Shown here piece after piece: positions 1 to 6,804 of a stretch of 10,548 nucleotides of DNA (position 1 is the first letter of the stretch; every line of letters begins with the position of its first letter). The notes beneath the pieces were generated by a model. The model saw nothing but the letters and a program-made list of their open reading frames with translations. It was not told the origin of the DNA and made no database searches. A program made the position numbers and the translations under genes. Source of the DNA: Pseudomonadota bacterium (GTDB lineage: Bacteria; Bdellovibrionota_C; UBA2361; OMII01); assembly GCA_038134595.1 (NCBI GenBank), contig JAYPVM010000022.1, positions 1 through 10,548 of the forward strand, read 5' to 3'.

Positions 1-311
1 CGGGCTCAATAGTCGCTATGGTGGCTAAAGAGCTTACCCGAAAACTCGGAGCTCCTTCGGAGGCCGAGCTCGCTTCAGCGAGTAAGCTTGTAAATGCCTT
101 GCGGGGCGATGAATTGTTCGCCCTTCAGGGTAAGTACGCTGAGTCCCCCAACGTGCCAGTCCGTTCAAAGGGAGGGCTTCTTCCTGATTATGACATGAAG
201 AGAATAAAGGGCTTTTTGGTAAAGCAACTGGGTGCCGAAGATTCCACCTCAGTTTCAGCAGATACGCAAAATACAACCAGACCAAAGCCTGCAGAGGCGG
301 GTAAATACTAG
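1..311 (+). CDS. Hypothetical protein, C-terminal fragment (5'-truncated by the window edge)
   Basis: The frame of ORF 18..311 stays open back to the window start (ggc tca ata gtc gct atg). TAG at 309-311, 14 bp before the next gene. No family recognised. Confidence 0.7.
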   Translation, partial: GSIVAMVAKELTRKLGAPSEAELASASKLVNALRGDELFALQGKYAESPNVPVRSKGGLLPDYDMKRIKGFLVKQLGAEDSTSVSADTQNTTRPKPAEAGKY

Positions 312-325
312 AAGGTGCATACAGG

Positions 326-805
326 GTGATGAATAGATTGAGGCAGGTTGTCAGATGTAGTGTCACGGTGGTTTTTGCCACACTCTTTCTTCAAGGCTGT
401 GTCTTTGTACCGTTTGTACAAGCGTTTAAGGAGTCAGGCTTAACCGAAAGCGATAGAATGGCTCTTTTGCCTCCGCAGGTAAAGAAGTTTTCTGACGCCA
501 GAGTGTTTGGAAATAACAGTCAGGCATTAGCGTTTGTATTACCAGAATCGCGTCCTGAGGTGGCCGACCAATTTCGAGCAGAGCGAAGTGGCTCTGGTAC
601 TGGAAGGCCCGAAGAGCGAATAATTCGAGCAAAGATAGATGACATAGAATGGCTTGATGAAGCGCGGAGGGCCAAAGTTATACTCGCTGTTGATTCGTAC
701 AAGTTATCGTATTTGGTTGTAAACACCTCGCATGAAGAGCAGCAGTGGGAGTTTGCAGGCTCAGATGGATGGTTGTTAAAGGAACGAAAGAAAGTCGAAG
801 GATAA
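326..805 (+). CDS. Putative lipoprotein of unknown function
   Basis: Basic N-terminus (NRLRQVVR), hydrophobic stretch and lipobox LQG-C. Start is GTG 326 or ATG 329. Ends 5 bp before the next start at 811. Confidence 0.8.
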   Translation: MMNRLRQVVRCSVTVVFATLFLQGCVFVPFVQAFKESGLTESDRMALLPPQVKKFSDARVFGNNSQALAFVLPESRPEVADQFRAERSGSGTGRPEERIIRAKIDDIEWLDEARRAKVILAVDSYKLSYLVVNTSHEEQQWEFAGSDGWLLKERKKVEG

Positions 806-810
806 GACAC

Positions 811-1632
811 ATGCGCTTTTCAGTTTTACGTGCAGTGGGTATAGCCACGGTTTCAATGACAATCGGCTGTGCAACGCTCTCTGGCCTGCTGCCGCATAAG
901 GAGCAAAAGGCGATAGCAGTCGCGCGGGGAGGAGACCCATCGGCGACCCCTTTCAAGCTTGAGGTGACTGACGAGACAAATAAGGGAGATGTTGTTGTCG
1001 TGCGGGGTCGTGTGGTTGGCAAACGAGGATGGGCGCCATCGCAGGCTGTCGTGAGACTTACAGCGCTCGATACAGAGGGTGAGCAGAGGGTTTCTTTTCA
1101 CAAACTCTCAGACTTTAACCCCTCAAAAAGCTCGATTAGTCGGGGAGAGCCTGCCTCGTTTGCTCTCTCGATTCCATCTGTAGGGGTCTCGAACTACCAA
1201 CTGGAGCTTTTATGGGGCGATGATGCCGAACCGTATTTGAATACAAATAAGGCATCTCTGAAGTTACCTCAAGAACCTAAGGAATATCTGGCACTTAGAA
1301 ATCTTGAGGTGCATCGAGTTCCAGATGGGAGCTGTTCTTCGCCGGAGGAATGCCTTGTGACATTTGCCATAAAGGGCGAATTTTACAACTCAGGAAGCAG
1401 GGTTGTGAGCGATGTTGTTCTAAAAGCTGGATTTTGTCCGGCTGATAAGCTTGATTTACCAGACTATATTCTCGAAAATGAGAGGCGAATTGAAGTTCGC
1501 AATATGACATTGAAGCCAGGGGGCACAAAACCGTTTCGGTTGTCACTTGAGAAGCTTGTTCCCGCTTCGGACACGGTCGCTTATCAGCCAGTAGTTAGGA
1601 TTATCTCGTTTGAATCAGAGAGGGTCAGCTAA
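811..1632 (+). CDS. Putative lipoprotein with two beta-rich (Ig-like) domains; C-terminal domain resembles FxLYD/DUF3426-type domains
   Basis: Start moved from 745 to ATG 811: GAAGGA SD at 797-802, no overlap with the upstream gene, and signal peptide MRFSVLRAVGIATVSMTIG-C. Both halves show a 'V/I-x-G-x-x-x-(N)-x-G...V-V-x-L-x-A' strand pattern and 'G-x-x-x-x-F-x-L'. Domain naming is by eye. Confidence 0.75.
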   Translation: MRFSVLRAVGIATVSMTIGCATLSGLLPHKEQKAIAVARGGDPSATPFKLEVTDETNKGDVVVVRGRVVGKRGWAPSQAVVRLTALDTEGEQRVSFHKLSDFNPSKSSISRGEPASFALSIPSVGVSNYQLELLWGDDAEPYLNTNKASLKLPQEPKEYLALRNLEVHRVPDGSCSSPEECLVTFAIKGEFYNSGSRVVSDVVLKAGFCPADKLDLPDYILENERRIEVRNMTLKPGGTKPFRLSLEKLVPASDTVAYQPVVRIISFESERVS

Positions 1633-1668
1633 CGGAGGGTACGCTTCCCCTTTGTAGAGTAGCTGACT

Positions 1669-3063
1669 ATGGAAGAGACTCAAGAATCGCAGGTCGAAGA
1701 GCACAGCAACGAGAAGCAGAGTGTGTATATCCGCACATTTGGCTGTCAGATGAATGAGTACGACACTCAGAAGCTCTACAAGATTTTGGAGAAAGATTAC
1801 CAGCCCGTTGATGCGCCTGAGAAGGCTGATTTGGTTCTTATCAACACATGTAGTGTGCGTGATAAGCCTGAACAAAAGCTATACAGCATCCTAGGAGAGC
1901 TAAAAGGGATTCGACGTGATAGCAAACCTGATATGATGGTCGGTGTTTGTGGTTGTGTTGCGCAACAAGAGGGCGAGAATATTATCAAGCACGGTCGCGG
2001 TGTGGATTTTGTCTTCGGAACGCACAATCTCTCTTTAGTGCCGTCTCTGATTCAACTGCGAAAAAACGGAGCACCTCCGCAAGTAGCGGTTGATTATCGA
2101 GAAGAGTGGGAGGACCTGCCCCTTGGATTCGCTGAGGTAGACCCTACGCGAAACGGTCAGAAACAACACGTAACAGCCTTTATATCGATCAGTCGTGGGT
2201 GCAACAAGAACTGTACGTACTGCATCGTTCCAACCACCCGTGGGCCAGAGGTGTCTCGCACGATGGAAGAGATTGAAAGAGAGGTAAAGATCGCGGTGCA
2301 TCGTGGAAGCAAAGAAATTGTGCTTCTGGGTCAAACTGTGAATTCGTACGGTAGAGATCTTTCACCTCGAGTATCCTTTGTGGAATTGCTCGATAGAGTG
2401 GGGGCGATCGATGGAGTTGAGCGGATTCGTTTTACTTCGCCGCATCCTCAAGAGGTTCGACAAGACTTTATTGACTGTGTGGTGAGTAATCCAAAGGTGT
2501 GCAGACATATTCACATGCCCTTGCAGTCTGGTAGCGATGCAATTCTGAAAAGCATGAATAGAAACTACCGCCGAGAGAAGTATCTCTCAATTATAGCCAA
2601 GCTCAAGGAGCGGGTGCCCGATATGGCGATAACAACCGATATCATTGTTGGTTTTCCGGGAGAGATGGAGAAAGATTTCGAGGAAACGCTCGAGATTATG
2701 GATATCGTTGGTTTTGAAAATAGCTACTCATTTGCTTTCTCCTCACGTCCAGGCACACCAGCGGCAGAGATGCAGGAGCTACTCTCCCACGAAGAGAAGC
2801 TTGAGAGATTGCAACGCTTACAGGCTAAGCAGGAGGAGATTACCTCTCAAAAACTCGACAGTTGGGTCGGTCGAGAGGTAGAGGTGCTGATAGATAACGT
2901 CAATCAGCACAGGGATGGGTGCTTTCAAGGGCGGATTTCACAGAACTTCATGCTTAATTTTGACAAACCTTTCAATGGGTTATCTATTGGCAGTGTGGTA
3001 AGGGCCCGTGTAACAGGTCGCAAGCGCTTCACGCTAGTTGGCGAGCCGATTTTCGTGGAATAA
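1669..3063 (+). CDS. miaB: tRNA-2-methylthio-N6-dimethylallyladenosine synthase MiaB (radical SAM methylthiotransferase)
   Basis: MTTase N-terminal cysteine motifs TFGCQMNEYD, NTCSVRDK and GCVAQQEG. Radical SAM CxxxCxxC (GCNKNCTYC). Also LLGQTVNSYG, RIRFTSPHP, HMPLQSGSD, TTDIIVGFPGE, and a C-terminal TRAM domain. Confidence 0.97.
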   Translation: MEETQESQVEEHSNEKQSVYIRTFGCQMNEYDTQKLYKILEKDYQPVDAPEKADLVLINTCSVRDKPEQKLYSILGELKGIRRDSKPDMMVGVCGCVAQQEGENIIKHGRGVDFVFGTHNLSLVPSLIQLRKNGAPPQVAVDYREEWEDLPLGFAEVDPTRNGQKQHVTAFISISRGCNKNCTYCIVPTTRGPEVSRTMEEIEREVKIAVHRGSKEIVLLGQTVNSYGRDLSPRVSFVELLDRVGAIDGVERIRFTSPHPQEVRQDFIDCVVSNPKVCRHIHMPLQSGSDAILKSMNRNYRREKYLSIIAKLKERVPDMAITTDIIVGFPGEMEKDFEETLEIMDIVGFENSYSFAFSSRPGTPAAEMQELLSHEEKLERLQRLQAKQEEITSQKLDSWVGREVEVLIDNVNQHRDGCFQGRISQNFMLNFDKPFNGLSIGSVVRARVTGRKRFTLVGEPIFVE

Positions 3064-3134
3064 TCATCACATAATTAGTAGGTTAGCTTGGTTTTACAGG
3101 GTTTAGCTCATTGCTATTCAGTGTAGAATCAACG

Positions 3135-3143
3135 TGGTACTAT
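3135..3143 (+). promoter_or_regulatory. Putative extended -10 promoter (TGgTACTAT) for the BFN gene
   Basis: TGn-TAnnnT in the AT-rich miaB-BFN gap, about 60 nt before ATG 3203. A second candidate TAGAAT lies at 3124-3129. Confidence 0.4.
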
Positions 3144-3202
3144 AAAGGGTAGTGCGGTATCGTACTATAGCAACTTGTTGTTTACATTCCACAAAGGTTC
3201 TC

Positions 3203-3787
3203 ATGGGAAACGATTCAGCAGTAGAGATGTTTGTAGGTGGGTTAGTTATAGACCCCGCAACACAAGCGCCGATTGTGGTGCTAAAAGATGAAACGGGCGA
3301 TTTGACGCTGCCTATTTGGATAGGTATTCCAGAGGCCACTTCGATTGCAAGTGCTATCAAACAGGTCGCGATGGCTCGACCCCTTACGCATGACTTATTT
3401 TATGACCTTCTGCTCGAAGTTGGCGTAACAGTACAAAGGGTTGTTATTACAGAGCTCCGTGAGTCGACCTATTTTGCCGAGCTTATTTTAGGGCAAGGAG
3501 ATAGGGTTATTGTTTTGGACTCTCGCCCAAGTGATGCCATTGCGTTAGCGCTCCGAGCATCGGCTCCTATTTATGTCTCCGAAAGTGTGCTCTCACAGGC
3601 AAAGGTAGCGTTTGGCGGTGTTGATCCTCTGGCAGCGATGGAAGGTGATGACGAACAGTCCGGAGATGACCAAGGAGAGGATGTTGAAGAGGAAGATGCT
3701 TCGCAAGATTTTACCGGTGTAGATAAGGATAAATGGGAAGAGCTGTTAAGTGATCTTGATCCAGATGACTTTAAGTATAAGATGTAG
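3203..3787 (+). CDS. Bifunctional nuclease family protein (BFN / DUF151)
   Basis: Motifs PIVVLKD, LPIWIGIPEA, RPLTHDL, TYFAEL, DSRPSDAIALALR, APIYV. Start moved from GTG 3152 to ATG 3203 (AAAGG at 3193-3197). Acidic linker, then C-terminal WEELLSDLDPDDFKYKM. Confidence 0.92.
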   Translation: MGNDSAVEMFVGGLVIDPATQAPIVVLKDETGDLTLPIWIGIPEATSIASAIKQVAMARPLTHDLFYDLLLEVGVTVQRVVITELRESTYFAELILGQGDRVIVLDSRPSDAIALALRASAPIYVSESVLSQAKVAFGGVDPLAAMEGDDEQSGDDQGEDVEEEDASQDFTGVDKDKWEELLSDLDPDDFKYKM

Positions 3788-3800
3788 AGGAGAACGCTAC

Positions 3801-3806
3801 TATAAT
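3801..3806 (+). promoter_or_regulatory. Putative sigma70-type -10 box TATAAT
   Basis: Perfect TATAAT 8 nt upstream of the AAAGGA SD of the 3830 gene. No convincing -35. Confidence 0.45.
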
Positions 3807-3829
3807 TTTATACGAAAGGACCGTACAAA

Positions 3830-4645
3830 GTGACATCATCTCCTCTACGTGACGACATGGAAGACTATCAAGCAAAACCCAATCGAGATATCTTTCAAGA
3901 TCCAACCATTCAAGAAGCCATTAAGACAGATGCGTTCGCACGGTTTGTCGTACGGCACTGGCGTAGCCTCGTGGCCGTACTTGTTGCGGCTTCTCTTGCC
4001 ATGATTGCAGCTAATATATTTACCACTACAGCTACCAAGAAACGAGCCAGTGCAACAGCTGAACTTTTAGAGGTTCAAAAAACCTATCGGGAGCTCGTTG
4101 AAACACAAGATTCAATAGTAGAATTAAAAAGAGAATCGCGTAGTGATTCGGAAGTGTCAAAGGAGACATCAGAGAAGATCTCTTCATTAGAGAAGAACGT
4201 AGTTGAGACCCGCACGAAGCTCTCGCATATGATAGATTCACTTGAGTCTCCAGAGCCATTTCCTGTACTGGCAAGTCTCTATAGAGGATTGGTCGCGGCA
4301 CGATTTAATGATGCAGACGTGCTCAACAAAGCACTAGATCAGATTGACGGATGGAAGTCGCTGGAATCGGAATCTTCGGAGCGGTATGTGGCAGAGTTGG
4401 CGGCTTTGGGGGTAAGTCGCGCCGCGTTGCAGATTCCAGAGCTGAAAAAACGTGGGCAGGAGGCTCTTAAAGCCTTAGCTTCCGAAGGCGCCCGAGTGGG
4501 AGTGGATGCTCTTGTAACACTCTCGTACGTGACAACAGATCCCGAGGAGCAAAAAGGTTTGAAATCAATTTATGATACGATCAAAGTTGCCAACCAAGCG
4601 CGTTCAGCAGAGCTCTCGGAGCTTGCATCGCGAATGGGTTGGTAG
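3830..4645 (+). CDS. Single-pass membrane-anchored helical protein, YfgM/TPR-like, with a coiled-coil segment
   Basis: AAAGGA SD at 3815-3820 before GTG 3830 (ATG 3857 is an alternative). FVVRHWRS followed by one TM helix (LVAVLVAASLAMIAANIF), then a heptad-like E/K/L-rich segment and Ala/Leu-rich helices. The family call is tentative. Confidence 0.65.
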   Translation: MTSSPLRDDMEDYQAKPNRDIFQDPTIQEAIKTDAFARFVVRHWRSLVAVLVAASLAMIAANIFTTTATKKRASATAELLEVQKTYRELVETQDSIVELKRESRSDSEVSKETSEKISSLEKNVVETRTKLSHMIDSLESPEPFPVLASLYRGLVAARFNDADVLNKALDQIDGWKSLESESSERYVAELAALGVSRAALQIPELKKRGQEALKALASEGARVGVDALVTLSYVTTDPEEQKGLKSIYDTIKVANQARSAELSELASRMGW

Positions 4646-4719
4646 CAGTAGTGATTTGAATGGGGACCTCCGATGAGGATGGTCACGTATGCTAATAATT
4701 AGGACGGACTAGCAGGAAT

Positions 4720-5061
4720 ATGGAGCAAACCAAGGCTGTCACACCCACGTATCAAAGAATCGTAGCCCTTTTCATTTATCTATTGGCGTCTCTGTTCGTA
4801 TCGGCAAAAGTGCATGCGATTGGCAGTGCTCCCGATGGAGAGAAGCAATCTGAGCACGATATTAATCGAGCTTTTATGAACTGTCTTCTCGGTGTTGATC
4901 AAATGGTCGAAGACTTTGGAAGTTCGGCCCATAAATTTAGTTCTGAGGTGGAGACAGAGACCAAGCGGTGTAATCGACTGAGAGATTCTTGCAAAGCGAA
5001 TCCAGCAAGTATGGAATGCGAGGTGTTTGTTGAGGAATTTACCTCAGAGGAATCGTCGTAG
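4720..5061 (+). CDS. Small secreted hypothetical protein with four cysteines
   Basis: AGGAA before ATG 4720. Hydrophobic IVALFIYLLASLFVS ending in V-H-A (SPase I-like site). Four Cys in the mature part and an acidic C-terminus. Confidence 0.7.
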   Translation: MEQTKAVTPTYQRIVALFIYLLASLFVSAKVHAIGSAPDGEKQSEHDINRAFMNCLLGVDQMVEDFGSSAHKFSSEVETETKRCNRLRDSCKANPASMECEVFVEEFTSEESS

Positions 5062-5069
5062 GAGCTCTC

Positions 5070-5996
5070 ATGGGAGATGCTTTTCCTGATAAGATTACGA
5101 TTCGAGAAGTGGGGCCGCGAGAGGGCTTTCAAACCAGCAAAACCATCGTACCAACAGAAAAAAAACTTCAAATCATACATGCATTATCAGAGACAGGTCT
5201 CAAAGAGATAGAGGTCACCTCGTTTGTGCGCCCCGATAAAGTGCCACAGTTAGCAGATGCCGATGATGTTGTCTCGTCTTTGTCGGTAAGTAATCAAACA
5301 GTGCAGTACACCGCGCTGTATCTCAATCAAAAGGGTTTTACACGGGCAACGCACTACCCACAGCTAGCCATCCGAGGATGGATAGCAACATCGATGAGCG
5401 ATACTTTTTTGAAGAAAAATGCAAACTCGTCTCGCCAGAGCGACCTCGATAGCGTGCAAAACTGGTGTGGTCTATTTGCCAATCACGGTAAAACCTTGCA
5501 CGGATTGATGCTCTCTAATTCATTTGGGTGTGCATATGAGGGAGAGGTGTCTCCGCAACGAGTGATTGCTCTTGTGAAAGAGTATTATCAGCGAGCAAAA
5601 ATGTATGGACAGACATTACATGAAGTTTGTTTGGCTGATACTGTAGGTATGGGTGCTCCAAAAGCTGTTGAGTATCTTGTAAAGGCCCTACAGGATATAG
5701 GAATTACACCCTCGTTACATCTTCACAACACACGAGGTCTAGGGCTTGTCAATGCTTATGAAGGCTTGCGTCACGGTGTCGCTATTTTTGAGTCTTCGGT
5801 AGGTGGAGTTGGAGGATGCCCATTTACAGTAGGTGCATCAGGAAATATTCCAACAGAGGAGCTGGTATATCTTTGTGATTCGTTGTCTGTCGAAACAGGA
5901 GTGAGTGTTTCAAAGCTCATTAGTGTCGCTCACTCATTGAGTGATGTATTAAAACAGCCACTAGCAGGTTCTTTATACAAGACCAAAACGTGCTAG
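5070..5996 (+). CDS. Hydroxymethylglutaryl-CoA lyase family protein (DRE-TIM metallolyase)
   Basis: EVGPREGFQ, IEVTSFV-P-VPQLAD, FGCAYEG, LADTVG, HLHNTRGLG (metal-binding His pair), GGVGGCPF (catalytic Cys loop), GNIPTEEL. AGGAG SD overlaps the upstream stop. Confidence 0.9.
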   Translation: MGDAFPDKITIREVGPREGFQTSKTIVPTEKKLQIIHALSETGLKEIEVTSFVRPDKVPQLADADDVVSSLSVSNQTVQYTALYLNQKGFTRATHYPQLAIRGWIATSMSDTFLKKNANSSRQSDLDSVQNWCGLFANHGKTLHGLMLSNSFGCAYEGEVSPQRVIALVKEYYQRAKMYGQTLHEVCLADTVGMGAPKAVEYLVKALQDIGITPSLHLHNTRGLGLVNAYEGLRHGVAIFESSVGGVGGCPFTVGASGNIPTEELVYLCDSLSVETGVSVSKLISVAHSLSDVLKQPLAGSLYKTKTC

Positions 5997-6149
5997 AAAC
6001 GGCCATCTAATACGCCAGTAAAATTTGGAGTGATTACGGTAATCTAATGCTTATCATCAGAGATAAGAAAAATCACCTATTGTGCGGACTAGACCACGGG
6101 TGTGTAATTCACTTGAAAATAAAACGAGTCGTGGTTAGATCAAAGTAAG

Positions 6150-6449
6150 GTGAATGATATGAACAACTATTTCGTCCCTTATACTGGAAAGAAACCGGCA
6201 TCTGTATGCATCAATGGACACCGACTAGTCATTTTAACGGTTGAAAAAGACGTGCTCGAGGATGATCTCGATCTGCTCGGAGCTGATAGAGTTAGGCGGG
6301 TGCGTGTAAAGGGTGTTGAGCAGGAGCAAGAAAAGCTCTTCGGCAAACTCGCTCGGCAAGTAGATGGTGGTGTTGTGCTCGCCCCTTCAGGTATCGATCT
6401 AAGAGAGATTTTGCAAAACCTCGAAGAGGAGCTTCCCTGGGTTCATTAG
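6150..6449 (+). CDS. Hypothetical cytoplasmic protein (96-99 aa)
   Basis: Protein-like alpha/beta composition, co-oriented with neighbours. TAAGGTG at 6146-6152 would serve as SD for ATG 6159; GTG 6150 is the alternative. No family recognised. Confidence 0.75.
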   Translation: MNDMNNYFVPYTGKKPASVCINGHRLVILTVEKDVLEDDLDLLGADRVRRVRVKGVEQEQEKLFGKLARQVDGGVVLAPSGIDLREILQNLEEELPWVH

Positions 6450-6503
6450 CAGTGGGTTCATTAGCAGTGGGTTTCATTAGCAGTGGGTTTCATTAGCAGT
6501 GGG
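6438..6503 (+). repeat. Tandem direct repeat TGGGTT(T)CATTAGCAG, 4 copies plus partial TGGG
   Basis: Units at 6438-6452 and 6453-6467 (15 bp), 6468-6483 and 6484-6499 (16 bp, one extra T), then TGGG at 6500-6503. No spacers. Confidence 0.97.
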
Positions 6504-6804
6504 CCAGATGCAGTGCGTTTTTTACTATAAAGCGTCTTAATCTTATTATTGGCGCAACGTAATCAGCCAGCATATAGCAAGTTCAAGGTGAACAAGAAAA
6601 CAGACTAAATAGTAACGCAGAGTAGTTAGAGTACTACGGCACCAGGGCGTTTTGGGATGGATTGCGACAAAAGTGCAAATAACCTAAAGACCCAATCGGG
6701 AGTTTCCTGTAGGTCGGAACCTGTGTATCGTACACGTGCTATCGATGCCTTAGTAATAGAGATACAAGATATCTCTTACACATTTACATACATTCATTAG
6801 TATT

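Noticed and set aside
745..810. N-terminal extension of the second lipoprotein (likewise 3152-3202 for BFN and 8162-8194 for the phosphatase)
   Set aside because: The downstream ATGs have SD-like sequences and put the signal peptide or domain start at the N-terminus.
4665..4684. Intrinsic terminator after the 3830 gene (CCTC/GAGG or GACC/GGTC stems)
   Set aside because: Stems are only 4 bp and there is no U-tract. I found no convincing intrinsic terminator anywhere in the window.
6438..6503. CRISPR array
   Set aside because: Units are only 15-16 bp and directly abutting, with no spacers and no cas genes in the window.
6504..6720. tRNA, ncRNA or small gene in the long gap after the repeat
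   Set aside because: Only short scattered stems (e.g. GTAGT/ACTAC), no cloverleaf or T-loop signature, and no credible ORF in the frames I checked.
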